NCBI GenBank assembly: GCA_963843375.1
Contig: CAWJKT010000006.1
Coordinates: forward strand, 309,047 to 373,046
Source of the DNA: an uncultured Pseudomonadota bacterium
GTDB taxonomy: Bacteria; Oederibacteriota; Muellerivitia; Muellerivitales; Muellerivitaceae
Length of the DNA: 64,000 nt
Reading direction: 5' to 3'
Positions 30,554 through 41,598 of the stretch are shown here, in pieces; within the stretch, counting starts at the first letter, position 1; the number at the start of each line of letters is the position of its first letter. A model generated the notes under the pieces. The model was not told where the DNA came from and did not search any database. It worked only from the letters and a program-made list of their open reading frames with translations. The position numbers and the translations under genes were made by a program.

Positions 30554-31635
30554 TCAGACGTGCCCTTGATGCACCAGATACTCCGCCACCAACATCCCGC
30601 CTTTGGCCGCGCCCATCTTGGTGTTATGGGACACCAGTACATACTTGATTCCATTCGGCAAGGCATGGTCCGTCCGCAACCGACCAACAGAAGTCACCAT
30701 TCCCCCTTCCCTGTCCCGGTCCAGCCTGGGCTGGGGGCGGTAAGGATCATCCGTCACCTCGATTAAATGGGGCGGACACGAAGGGAACTTCGAGCGCTAC
30801 AAAATCCCTGCCATAATTCCGCATCACTTGTTTTACCTCATCAACGGTCGCGTGCTTTTTCATGGAAACGTAAACCGCTTCCGTGTGGCCTTCCATGACC
30901 GGCACACGGGTGCAGGTGGCCGAAACCGGAAAAGGCGCCGGAGCGATTGTTTCTCCCATAATCGTCCCCAAGATTTTCTGGGTCTCTTTCTCGACTTTTT
31001 CCTCTTCCTTCGGGATATAGGGAACGACATTATCCATGATATCCATCCCAATGACACCGGGTGAGCGTCCAGCCCCCGACAGGGCCTGCATGGAAGTCAT
31101 GATGACCTGCAGGATGCCGAAGGCGTCATGCAGGGGCTTTAGGGTCATCGCCAGGCCCATCGTGGTGCAATTGGGCACGGGCGTTACGAAGCCTTTCCAG
31201 CCGCGGTTCTTTTTCTGGATCGGCGATAAGCTTGTCGTGATCAAGGTTGACGCCGGGAATAAAGATAGGGACATCGGGTTCATACCGAAAAGCGGAAGCG
31301 GTCGAGATGACTGGCGTGGTTTTGGCGTAGCGGGGTTCTAATTCTTTGGCCGCGTCTGATTCCACGGCGGTGAAAATAACGTCCACCTTCGTGGCATCCA
31401 GCTTGGAGGCGTCTTGCACCAGCATTTTAGAGAAAGAGGGGTCTAAAGGCTCCTGGCAATACCAGCGGAAAGCGCCCGAAGCGTCGGTCAAGGCGTCTTT
31501 ATAGTACTTCCCCGCGGATCGTTCGGAAGCGGCCAAAGCCGTGACCTCAAAAAAGGGATGTCCCGGGAGAGAAGCCAAAAACTGCTGGCCCGCCACTCCC
31601 GTGGCTCCGATGACGGCGACTTTCTTCTTTTTCAT
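30554..31635 (-). CDS. asd: aspartate-semialdehyde dehydrogenase, archaeal/fungal-type (two frameshifts, ~31220 and ~30780)
   Basis: GATGVAGQ, PNCTT, MQALSGAG, DNVVPYIPKEEEK, RPQPRLDRD, SHNTKMGAAKGG. Confidence 0.93.
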
Positions 31636-31752
31636 CGCTAAATCCTTCAAAAATACTCAAAAACCGTAATTTGGGAAGGGAAAGGATAGCATATTTGAAA
31701 GCAGATTCAATGCTTCAAAAATCCCAAGACCTTGAGGAATGTAGGTCGCGTT

Positions 31753-32423
31753 TTAGGGAATTTCCGTTTTACCGCTGGCTTCATAAGTTTTCTTGCCCAC
31801 CGTTATGGAGATAAAACAAATGTAGCTGCCTGGCGGCATGGGGCGCTCTTCCTCGTCCCTTCCATCCCAAACAACCTCATGGGTTCCCGCGGTTAGATAT
31901 TCCGGTTTTTCGTGCTTATTGAATTCAAAATTAACAACGGGGCGCATACCGCTCGTGAAAATCCTCAAAAAAGAGTTTTCGGCCTTAACGTTAGTCCCCC
32001 ACTTAAAATGAACTTCGTTTGAGGCGTCGGGTTGAGGTGAAACGGAAAACTCGAAGACACCCGGGGTGGCGGTGGGAGTGGGTGTGATCGTGGGGGTGTT
32101 TTTGGGAACTTCTTACCGGGGGAAGATTGGGTAAAGGTCGGTGTGGGAGTCAGAGAAGGCGACAGGGTGCCAGTGGGCGTATTCGTGGGAGTACCGGTAA
32201 TGGTGGGAGTACCCGTTGGGGTTGGGGTGAGGGTGGGTGTGGGCGTCAGGGACGGGGAAATAGTCCCCGAGGGTGTAAAGGTAGGTGTGAAAGTTCTGCT
32301 TGGGGTTGAGGTGTTAGGGGGGGCGGGGGTCGGCGCCACGCCTTGGGCCAGGGCCGGCCGCCCGGCGCCTGTCCCTAATAGGACGGTTTCCAAAAAAACC
32401 ACCAGCCAAAATAATTTTTTCAT
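31753..32423 (-). CDS. secreted Thr/Pro-repeat protein with a C-terminal FlgD-like Ig domain (frameshift ~32110)
   Basis: Signal peptide, TPT repeats; second frame runs NTPTITPTPTATPGVFEF...LRIFTSG...VVWDGRDE...PGSY. Confidence 0.75.
32065..32340 (-). repeat. low-complexity Thr-Pro coding repeat
   Basis: Degenerate ACN-CCN codon repeats encoding TPTFTP/TPTLTPTPT. Confidence 0.8.
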
Positions 32424-32428
32424 TAGGT

Positions 32429-33500
32429 CTATTTCACTTCCCGGACGACAGCGTCTCCTATTTCTTTGCAGGATACCGCTTTCTCGCCCCCTTTGACCAA
32501 ATCCGCAGTGCGAAGCCCGGCATTCAGAACTTTTTCAACCGCCTTCTCCACGGCTTGGGCTTCATTTAGACGCTTGAAACTGTATTGAAGCATCATGGCC
32601 ACCGATAAAATCATGGCCAGGGGATTGGCCTTGCCCGTGCCCGCGATATCCGGGGCTGAGCCGTGGGAAGGCTCATAAAGGCCGACCTTTCCCCCAAGGG
32701 AAGCCGAGGGCAGCATCCCCAGGGATCCGGTGAGCATGGAGGCCTCGTCCGAAAGGATATCGCCGAACATATTGGTGGTCACCATAACGTCGAAGGACTT
32801 GGGCTTGAGAATGAGTTGCATGGCCGCGTTATCCACGATCTGGTGCTCAAAAGCCACGTCCGGGTTTTTTTTCGATACTTCCTCGGCCACGTCATGCCAA
32901 AGCCGGGAGGATTCCAGTACGTTGAATTTGTCCACGCTGGTCACTTTTTTGCGGCGAAGCTTGGCCAGTTCAAAGGCCAGCCCCACGATGCGCTCCACTT
33001 CGGGGGTGCGGTAGATTTCGGTGTTGACCCCATAACGGTCCTTCCCTTCCCCGAAGATGCCCCGGGGTTCGCCGAAGTAGATGCCCGAGATCAGTTCCCG
33101 CACGATCAGCATGTCCACGCCGTCGATCACCTCTGCCTTCAGGGTCGAGGCATCCTTGAGAGCGTCAAATAGTTTCACCGGGCGCAGGTTGGCGTAAAGG
33201 TCCAGTCCCTTGCGCAGGCCCAGGATGCCGGCCTCGGGGCGCTTTTTGTTCTCCAATCTTGTCCCACTTGGGGCCGCCCATAGGCGCTTTCAGTACCGCC
33301 TGGGCAGCCTGGCAGGCTTTCAAGGTGTGGTCGGGCAGGGGGGTATCATACTTGTCGATGGCGATGCCGCCCGCGTCCTGGGATTCGTATTCGAATTTGT
33401 GGCCGAACACTTCTCCAACCCGGTTCAGAACCTTTTTCGATTCCTCGCAGATTTCGGGCCCTATACCGTCTCCGGCGAGAACAACAATGTGGAAGTTCAT
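32429..33500 (-). CDS. leuB: 3-isopropylmalate dehydrogenase (frameshift ~33258)
   Basis: [46 protein letters not shown]. Confidence 0.96.
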
Positions 33501-33696
33501 AATTCCAGTTTTCCTTTTATTTTAGAAGGATTTCTAAATATATAGTTCGGGTAGTTTAACCGAGCGATTAGAGGATAACAAACGAAGGATAAAACATAAT
33601 CGGTTTATAAAACCTTACCATTGTGGAAAAGAACATAAGAATTAGAATAATGTCGGCGTATTTATCTAATAGAAAAATATCGAAAAGGATTCAAGT

Positions 33697-34677
33697 ATGT
33701 TTAAATTGTTATGGAAGACCTCTGTTTTTATTTTAATTTTAGTGTTCGCCGGAACTCCGGCTCGCGCGGGCGATGTTAAGGTGATCAAGGTTTTTGTCAT
33801 TAAAACAATCAAATTGAATAAAACTTCATCGGTGCTTTATTCCAATCCAAACCTTGATAGCCTTGAAATCAGCGTGCCCACCGACGACGAAATGAAAGCC
33901 GCACGTCAGGCTATTGAAGCCATGAACATCAAACCGGATAACTTGCCCGAAGAGGGCAATTTCTTTACCTTGGAAACCTTCATGTTCCAAGTCAAAAGAG
34001 CTCTGCCGGAACTAATAGGAAAAGAGGCGATCGACGTAAACGGGATTCCCGTTGAAAAATCCACTGATGACGATTTGGATAAACAACGGGAACTTTTGAA
34101 AACCCTTAGAGGGTTCATGCATTTTTTCGACCCTTTTGAGCTTCAACTCGCGCTCGGAGGGGGGGTTCCCCTGACCTACGACCTGGCCCATTCCTATCAT
34201 GACTGCTTCAGTATCACCTTCGGGTTGGGATATCAATTTTCCCGTAATTTCTCATTGCTTCTCAACCTCGATGGAAATTTATTCAATTCCAGCAACGACG
34301 GGCTCAACCAGGGCTTTAGTCTGCAGGAAGGGATCGTAGAACTTTTGGGTAAATTTCGATTTGCCTCCAAAAATGTTCGGCCTTATATTTTTGCCGGGCA
34401 GGCGATCGGGTTCAGTGATTTTACTTACAATTTCTCAAACAATTCAAACTACAACAACTTGAGTGTTTACAATTATGGAAGCACTATGCTTTCGGATCGG
34501 GGGCATTTCGAGGTCGTAGGAGGACTGGGCATTGAGATTCCGATCACCACCTATCACTTGTTCATCCAAGCCGAGGTGATCGATGATTTTGTGGGTTCGA
34601 ATGTTTCAAATTTCGCCACTCTTGACCAGCCGATAATTTTCATGCCGATCGAAGCTGGGATCGTATTCGGACAATAG
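33697..34677 (+). CDS. outer membrane beta-barrel protein with an N-terminal extra domain
   Basis: Signal peptide; alternating beta-strands (FGLGYQF, VRPYIFAG, GGLGIEIP) ending in IEAGIVF. Confidence 0.7.
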   Translation: MFKLLWKTSVFILILVFAGTPARAGDVKVIKVFVIKTIKLNKTSSVLYSNPNLDSLEISVPTDDEMKAARQAIEAMNIKPDNLPEEGNFFTLETFMFQVKRALPELIGKEAIDVNGIPVEKSTDDDLDKQRELLKTLRGFMHFFDPFELQLALGGGVPLTYDLAHSYHDCFSITFGLGYQFSRNFSLLLNLDGNLFNSSNDGLNQGFSLQEGIVELLGKFRFASKNVRPYIFAGQAIGFSDFTYNFSNNSNYNNLSVYNYGSTMLSDRGHFEVVGGLGIEIPITTYHLFIQAEVIDDFVGSNVSNFATLDQPIIFMPIEAGIVFGQ

Positions 34678-34709
34678 CCGAAAGCATTACTATCTGTCGT
34701 TCAAACAGA

Positions 34710-36287
34710 TTAAAGTTTCAAACCCTTCAAGGCTTCGAAGGCGGCTTTTGCGCTTTTCTCGTGGTGCTTGAGCAGAAGTTTGTTCACGCCGTTCAAATAG
34801 GCCTTGGCCGAGGCCTCGATGACGTCGGTAGAAACGCCCCGGCCATGAGCTTCATCCCCGTTGGTTGTAACGGTCACTGTCACTTCACCCTGGGCGTCCC
34901 GGCCCTGGGTGAGGGCTTTCAAGGTATAATTTTCCAGCTTACCCTTGAAGCCAGTGGCCCGGTCGATGGCGTTGAACACCGCGTCCACGGGCCCGTCACC
35001 GGTAGCCGCTTCCTGAGTTTCCACCTCCCCCTTTTTGAGCTTAAGGGTGGCCGTGGGCAGGGTCGTGGTCCCCGCGGAAGTATGAAGATATGTCATCTGA
35101 AAGACATCCGGGGAGGCGGCGATCTTTTCTTCGATCAGCGCTTCGATGTCCTCTTCATAAACGCTCTTTTTCTTGTCCGCCAGGTCCTTGAACTTGGCGA
35201 AGAGGCCGTCAACAACTTCGTCCCCCAGATTGTAACCCAAGTCTTCCAACCGTTTTTTGAAAGCGTGCCGACCCGAATGCTTACCCATGACGAGCCGGCT
35301 TTCGGGCACACCGATTTCCTGAGGCGTCATAATTTCGTAGGTCTGGCGGTATTTCAGCATCCCATCCTGGTGAATGCCGCTCTCATGGGCGAAGGCGTTA
35401 TTGCCCACGATGGCCTTATTGGGCTGGATCATGAAGCCCGTCAGGCTGGAGACCAGGCGGCTGGTCTTGTAGATTTCCTGCGTCTTGACGCCGGTCTGGA
35501 AGGGATAAAGGTCATGCCGGGTTTTCAGGACCATGACGATTTCCTCCAGGCTGGCGTTGCCCGCCCTTTCCCCGATGCCGTTGATAGTGCATTCCACCTG
35601 CCGGGCTCCACTGCGGATGGCCGAGAGGGAGTTGGCGACAGCAAGACCCAGGTCGTTGTGACAATGCACTGAGATGACGGCCTTGTTGATGTTAGGTACC
35701 CGGTTTTTGAGGGTGGCCACCATATGGCCATATTCGGTTGGAATGGCGTAACCCACCGTGTCGGGCACATTGACCGTTGTGGCCCCGGCCTTGATGGCGG
35801 CCTCGACCATCCGGCAGAGGTAATCCAGGTCGGAACGGGAGGCGTCCTGCGCAGAGAATTCCACGTCGTCGCTAAATTTGCGAGCATACTTCACTGCGTC
35901 CACCGCCGCAGCCAGCGCTTCTTCCCTGGTTTTTCGGAAGATGTACTTGAGATGGATTTCGGAGGAGGAGATGAAGACATGGATGCGCTGGCGCTTGGCG
36001 CTCTTGAGGGCCTTCGCGCAGGCATCGATGTCTTTTCGCATGGCCCGGCAGAGACCGGCGATGACGGCTTTTTTCAGATTTTTGGATATTTTCTGCACCG
36101 CTTCGAAATCGCCCGGCGAAGCAGCCGGGAAACCCGCCTCGATAATGTCCACGCCCAGCTTTTCCAGTTGGACGGCAACTTTCATTTTTTCCTCGGTATT
36201 CAGGCTCGCCCCGGGAGCCTGTTCCCCGTCACGCAGGGTGGTGTCAAAAATATATACCCGGTCATTTTCGCTGTTGTTGGTTTTCAT
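34710..36287 (-). CDS. leuA: 2-isopropylmalate synthase
   Basis: DTTLRDGEQ, HCHNDLG, GERAGN, HESGIHQDG; regulatory domain GDGPVDA. Confidence 0.97.
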   Translation of the reverse strand: MKTNNSENDRVYIFDTTLRDGEQAPGASLNTEEKMKVAVQLEKLGVDIIEAGFPAASPGDFEAVQKISKNLKKAVIAGLCRAMRKDIDACAKALKSAKRQRIHVFISSSEIHLKYIFRKTREEALAAAVDAVKYARKFSDDVEFSAQDASRSDLDYLCRMVEAAIKAGATTVNVPDTVGYAIPTEYGHMVATLKNRVPNINKAVISVHCHNDLGLAVANSLSAIRSGARQVECTINGIGERAGNASLEEIVMVLKTRHDLYPFQTGVKTQEIYKTSRLVSSLTGFMIQPNKAIVGNNAFAHESGIHQDGMLKYRQTYEIMTPQEIGVPESRLVMGKHSGRHAFKKRLEDLGYNLGDEVVDGLFAKFKDLADKKKSVYEEDIEALIEEKIAASPDVFQMTYLHTSAGTTTLPTATLKLKKGEVETQEAATGDGPVDAVFNAIDRATGFKGKLENYTLKALTQGRDAQGEVTVTVTTNGDEAHGRGVSTDVIEASAKAYLNGVNKLLLKHHEKSAKAAFEALKGLKL

Positions 36288-36307
36288 GTTTATCTCCTAA
36301 AGGCTGT

Positions 36308-37195
36308 TTAAGGGTTGGTAAGAGGATTGAATTGCTTGGTTTTTTTGGGTTTCAATTTTTCGACGCTTTTTTTAGTTAGAAATCCGATGATCCCCCACAA
36401 AAGATAGATCGTCAAAAGGGTAAAGGCCGTGAATTCGGCAGCCTTGATCAGCCAAAAAATCACTAAGCCGATAAAGGCTAGGGTCCAAGGCTTGATGGAT
36501 TCCAGTTTCAGCTTTTTCAAGCTGGGATAGGGGATGGTGGAAATCATCACCAGAGCGATGACCACGGTAAGGACTGGGATTCCGTAAAGTTCGATATAAC
36601 TCAGATTCTCCTCGTACCATCCCATGACTTTGTTCATGAAAATACCTTTTCCATACCAGCCTTCCCAACGGGAAAGGAGGATGTAGCTTGCCAGAATGCC
36701 CGCCGCAGCGGGGCTGGGCAAGCCCATGAAATGGCTTTTTTCCTCCACTTGGGCTTGGACATTGAAACGCGCAAGACGGATGGCGGCGCAAACCACGTAA
36801 AACACCGTAATGGAAATACCCCAAACGTTCAGGTAACGCAGGACGGATAAATAAATGAGTATCGCTGGCGCCATGCCGAAACTCACCAGGTCGGAGAGAC
36901 TGTCAAATTCCATACCAAACTTGCTGGTCGTTCCCGTGGCCCGGGCCACCATCCCGTCGAAAAAATCCGCGAAGGTGGCGATGATGATGAGTTCGGCCGA
37001 GAGCACGAATGGAATGGTGTTGGTTTCAGCCGCCAGGGAAAGGGTCAGGGAATCGTTGATGCCATAAGCGATAGCCAGAATACCCAGGACCATATTTCCC
37101 GCCGTAAAGAGGTTCGGAAGCAGGTAAATGGTCTTGCGCAGCCTGGACTTGGCCGGTTTTCCCTCATTTTCTTGTTTATATTTTAAAGCTACCAT
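36308..37195 (-). CDS. pssA: CDP-diacylglycerol-serine O-phosphatidyltransferase
   Basis: LPNLFT, DFFDGMVAR...GMEFDSLSDLVSFG, RLARFN, FMGLPSP. Confidence 0.92.
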   Translation of the reverse strand: MVALKYKQENEGKPAKSRLRKTIYLLPNLFTAGNMVLGILAIAYGINDSLTLSLAAETNTIPFVLSAELIIIATFADFFDGMVARATGTTSKFGMEFDSLSDLVSFGMAPAILIYLSVLRYLNVWGISITVFYVVCAAIRLARFNVQAQVEEKSHFMGLPSPAAAGILASYILLSRWEGWYGKGIFMNKVMGWYEENLSYIELYGIPVLTVVIALVMISTIPYPSLKKLKLESIKPWTLAFIGLVIFWLIKAAEFTAFTLLTIYLLWGIIGFLTKKSVEKLKPKKTKQFNPLTNP

Positions 37196-37876
37196 TACAG
37201 TTCTCCGATTACGGTTACACCCGCACGAACCTGGTCTCCCAGTTTGACAGCCGGCTTGAATCCCTGGGGGAGGAAAAGATCAACCCGCGACCCCAAAAGG
37301 ATTCGTCCGATTCTTTTGCCCCGCTCAATCACATCACCTTTTTCCGGCGTGGTCTTGACCCGCCGGCATAACAAACCGGCGATTTGCTTAAGAACCAACC
37401 GGCCCATGGTTTTCCCCTTCTTATCCGATCCTTTCAAATCAACGACCAAATGTGCCTGTTCGTTGACCAAATCGGCCTTGTCGTCATAGGCCGCCAAGAA
37501 CTTCCCGGGGTGGTAGACCTTCTTCACCACTTTGCCGTCATAAGGCGCCCGCTGGACATGGTTATTCAATGGATTCATGAAGATGGCGATATGGACCGAG
37601 GTTTTTTTCAGGTAAAACTTTTCCTTCGCCTTCCCCAAAACCACCACCTTGCCATCCGCCGGGCTCAAAACCTCTTTGGGTTTGAGAACCCGGGTCGGGA
37701 CGCCTCTCGAAATCCCTGAAAAAATTCAGGATCAGGGCGGCAACCACGAGGACCGCAATTCCCAGTATTTCCAATACCCAACCGCCCCCATGGGCCCCAA
37801 AAAGCAGTAAAACCCATCCCGCTATTAAAGCGGGAAGAAACATGCTCCAGGTTTCCGGCATGAAGGGCATTTTCAT
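37195..37876 (-). CDS. psd: phosphatidylserine decarboxylase proenzyme (frameshift ~37690)
   Basis: FFRD, SPADGKV, IFMNPLNNHVQRAP, QIAGLL, LGSRVD cleavage motif. Confidence 0.92.
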
Positions 37877-38865
37877 TTATTTTTTCATCCAGCTGAACAT
37901 GCTGCGCACTTGTTTGCCAACTTTTTCGACGATGTGTTCTGAATCTAGTTTCAACACCGAATTGTAAACCGGACGGTTGGCCTGGTTTTCCAGCACGAAT
38001 TCCCGGGCGAACATCCCGGTCTGGATTTCGCTGAGGATGCGGCGCATTTCGTTGCGGGTTTGCTCAGTGATGATGCGGCGTCCCCGGGTGATGTCGCCGT
38101 ACTTGGCGGTGGTGGAGATGGCCTCCCTCATTCCTGTGATGCCCTTCTCGTAAATCAAATCGACGATGAGCTTGACCTCGTGTAGGCACTCGAAATAAGC
38201 CACCTCGGGTTGGTAGCCCGCGGCCACCAGGGTGTCGAAACCTGCGCGGATCAATTCGGAAAGCCCACCGCAAAGGACCACCTGTTCCCCGAAGAGGTCG
38301 GTCTCGGTTTCTTCTTTGAAGGTTGTTTCCAAAACCCCGGCGCGGGTGGCGCCGATGGCCTTGCCATAAGCCAGGGCCAGTTTCAGGGCGTTGCCCGTGG
38401 CGTTTTGCTGAATGGCGACCAGGGCCGGAACCCCCTTGCCTTCCAGATAGGTCGTGCGGACCAAATGGCCCGGACCCTTGGGGGCGATCATGAACACGTC
38501 CACGTCCGCCGGGGGCACGATCTGGCCGAAATGGATGTTGAACCCGTGAGAGAACATCAGGGCCTTGCCGCCTTCAAGGACGGCAGTACGTCGTTCTTAT
38601 AGAGGGAACCCTGCAGGTCATCCTGGATGAGGATCTGGATGATATCGGCCTTGGCGGCGGCTTCCTTGGAATCAAAAGCCTCGAAGCCGTCGGCTTTGGC
38701 CTGGGCCTTGGTCTTATCGGAACGGGTCCCGATGACCACCTTGATCCCCGAATCCTTCAGGTTCAGGGCCTGGTTGCGGCCCTGGTTGCCATAGCCGAGA
38801 ACGGCCAGGGTCTTTCCTTTCAGTGCATTCATATCGGCGTCCTGCTCGTAGTAAATCTTAGCCAT
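37877..38865 (-). CDS. ilvC: ketol-acid reductoisomerase (frameshift ~38570)
   Basis: [39 protein letters not shown]. Confidence 0.97.
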
Positions 38866-38935
38866 TTCCGTCTCCTTGTGTTTTAATTCTTTTAGGATTG
38901 CTGCCAACTGGAAGCAATTAGCTGTTAACTGTTTA

Positions 38936-39477
38936 TTAAAGGTTGGATTGCCCCGCTTTTCCCGCCTTGACCTTCACTTTCTTCTCTTCTTCTTCATGGA
39001 CTTTCTTGCCCCGGGAAATCGCCACTTCGCCGGTGCGGACCAGTTCCAAAATGCCATAATTCCTCAAGAGTTCGACCATGGCGTTGATTTTGCTTTCCTT
39101 GCCCGTGACCTCAATGATGAAGCTTTTCAGGGCCACGTCCACGATCTTGCCGTCAAAACATTGGACGATTTCCATGACCTGGCTTCGCGTATGGGCTCGG
39201 CCTTGACCTTGATCAGGGCCAGGTCCCGGCCGATGAAATCCTCGTGGGTCAGGTCGACGACCTTGATGACGTCGATCAGCTTGTTCAGCTGCTTTTCCAC
39301 CTGGTCGATGATCCGATCGTCGCCCTTGACCACGATAGTGATCCTGGAAATTTTCGGGTCATCCGTCACGCCCACCACCAGGCTGTCGATGTTGTAGCCC
39401 CGGGCCGAAAAGAGGTTGGAAACGCGGGACAAAACCCCCGCGTGGTTATTCACTAAAACTGAAATCGTGTGTCGCAT
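38936..39477 (-). CDS. ilvN: acetolactate synthase small subunit (frameshift ~39195)
   Basis: [39 protein letters not shown]. Confidence 0.95.
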
Positions 39478-39492
39478 AAAGTTGCCTTTCTG

Positions 39493-41258
39493 TTAAAGGT
39501 GGACTTGGGTTGCTTTTTTGGGGCCCTTTTGGGCCCGGGCTTCCATCACTTTTTCAATTTGATGCGCCTTGGAAAGGACGATGTCCTTCACCGCCCCGCC
39601 CGCCGGGACCATGGGATAAACATGCTCTTCGGCGTCCACGACCACATCCACGATGCAGGGACCCTTTTTGGTCAGGGCTTCTTCCAGGACCTTGGTCGTA
39701 TCCTTCGGCGTCTCGGCCCGGTAGCCGGCGATGCCGTAGGCTTCGGCCAGTTTCACGAAATCGGGCTGGGCCGGAATCGAAGTGGAGGCGTAGCGCTTGT
39801 CGAAGAACAAGTCCTGCCACTGCTTGACCATGCCCATGAACTTGTTGTTGATGATAATGACCTTCACGTTGAGTTCGTATTCCTTGACGATGGCCAGTTC
39901 CTGCAGGGTCATCTGGAAGCTCCCGTCCCCCGCGATATCCACGACCGTGGCGCCGGGGTGGGCGAAGGCCGCCCCAATGGCCGCCGGAAAACCAAAGCCC
40001 ATGGTTCCCAAACCTCCCGAGGTCAGCCAGCGGCGGGGCTTGTTGAACTTGTAATATTGGGCCGCCCACATTTGGTGCTGGCCCACTTCGGTGGCCACGT
40101 AGGCCTCTCCCTTGGTGATGCGGTAGATCTCGTCGATGGCGAATTGGGGTAGGACCGGACCCTTAGGGTCCTGTTTGATATCCCAAGGGATGCTTGGCGT
40201 GCCAACCGTCCAGTTCCTCGTACCAGGCCTCGTATTCCTTAGAACCCACCTTCTTGGTCAGGTCTTTCAGAATGAAGCGCATGTCCCCTAGCACATGGGC
40301 GTCCACCTTCACATTTTTGCCGATGGAAGTCGGGTCCACGTCGATATGGGCCTTTTTGGAATGGGGCGAGAACTCGCTCAGCTTGCCTGTCACCCGGTCG
40401 TCGAACCGGCTTCCAATGGCCATCAGGAGGTCGCAATGGGTCAGGGCCATGTTGGCGCGGTAGGAACCGTGCATTCCCAGCATGTCGATGAATTGCCGGT
40501 CGGTGGCCGGATAGGCGCCCAAGCCCATCAGGGTCAGGGTGACAGGGATATTGGTTTTACGGGCGAACTTATAGAGTTCTTCCGAAGCCCCGGCGTTGAC
40601 CACCCCGCCGCCAGCGTAAATCAGGGGCCGCTTGGCGTGGTTGATCAACTCGGCGATCTTGTCGATCTGATGGATGTCGGGCGTGGGGACGAACTTGGAA
40701 AGAGGTATGGAAGCCTTGTCCGGGATTTCCACTTCCGCAGAAGCTGCGGCGATGTCCTTGGGGATATCGACCAAAACGGGCCCGGGCCTTCCCGAACGGG
40801 CAATGAAGAAGGCGTCCCGCATGATCTGCGGCAGTTCCTGGATGTTCTTAACCAGGTAATTGTGTTTGGTGCAGGACCGGGTGATGCCCACCACGTCAGC
40901 TTCCTGGAAACCGTCGGTCCCAATGAGGGAAGTCGGCACTTGGCCCGTGATGGCCACCAGAGGAACCGAATCCATATAAGCGTCGGCCAGGCCGGTCACG
41001 ATGTTGGTGGCACCGGGCCCGGAGGTCACCACGCAAACGCCCACTTTGCCGGTGGACTTGGCGAAACCTTCCGCCATATGGACCGCGCCTTGTTCGTGGC
41101 GGGTGTCTATGAGTTTGATTTTGTCCCGGTTCAAGTATAGGGCGTCGTACACGGGCAATATGGCCCCGCCCGTCACCCCCCAAGCTATGGTCACGCCTTC
41201 ATCCATGCAGCACATCGACGATCATTTGGGCGCCGGTTTTGAGTTTAGTTTTTGCCAT
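39493..41258 (-). CDS. ilvB: acetolactate synthase large subunit (frameshifts ~41208 and ~40177)
   Basis: [45 protein letters not shown] at 41258 with a GGGAG RBS. Confidence 0.96.
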
Positions 41259-41430
41259 CGTTATCTCCCTTAAAGTTCCACACCTTATTTCGGGCGTGAA
41301 AGACTCAGATTTTACAATAATTACGGGCTTTTTCGAGGGTTAAACAGGATGAAAAAACATATCCAACCCGAAAAAAGCCTTATAAACCCATGTTTAGGGG
41401 AAGAATCGCTTCGGCGGGATTTACGCGGAT

Positions 41431-41475
41431 AAAAAAAAAGCCGCAGTGGCCCGTTTGAAGCGGGCCCCGCGGCTT
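41431..41475 (-). terminator. attenuator terminator of the ilv-leu operon
   Basis: AAGCCGCGGGGCCCG-CTTCAAA-CGGGCCACTGCGGCTT plus a long U-run, starting 12 nt after the leader peptide stop. Confidence 0.9.
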
Positions 41476-41486
41476 GGTAGCCGTCT

Positions 41487-41564
41487 TTAGGAGCGAACCG
41501 CCTCCGGACGCAATACGAGTACCAATACCAAAAGCACTAGGTTCATTGCGTTTCCGAAGGACAT
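41487..41564 (-). CDS. ilv operon leader peptide MSFGNAMNLVLLVLVLVLRPEAVRS (25 aa)
   Basis: RBS GAGGAG, ATG at 41564, ten consecutive Leu/Val codons, TAA at 41487, then the terminator. Confidence 0.88.
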   Translation of the reverse strand: MSFGNAMNLVLLVLVLVLRPEAVRS

Positions 41565-41598
41565 GAAAAACTCCTCAAAAATTAACTGCTTGCGACAA

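Noticed and set aside
32065..32340. Possible CRISPR array or tandem DNA repeat
   Set aside because: The repeats are degenerate at third codon positions and encode a Thr-Pro linker; there is no repeat-spacer structure and no cas genes
34761..41140. Long plus-strand ORFs (for example 34761-35672 and 40295-41140)
   Set aside because: They are antisense shadows of GC-rich leuA/ilv genes and lack recognisable motifs
29975..41258. Programmed frameshifting or mass pseudogenisation of ilv/leu/asd/tpx/psd
   Set aside because: The sites share no slippery motif, both +1 and -1 events occur, and essential genes (rpoA, rpsD, map) show the same lesions
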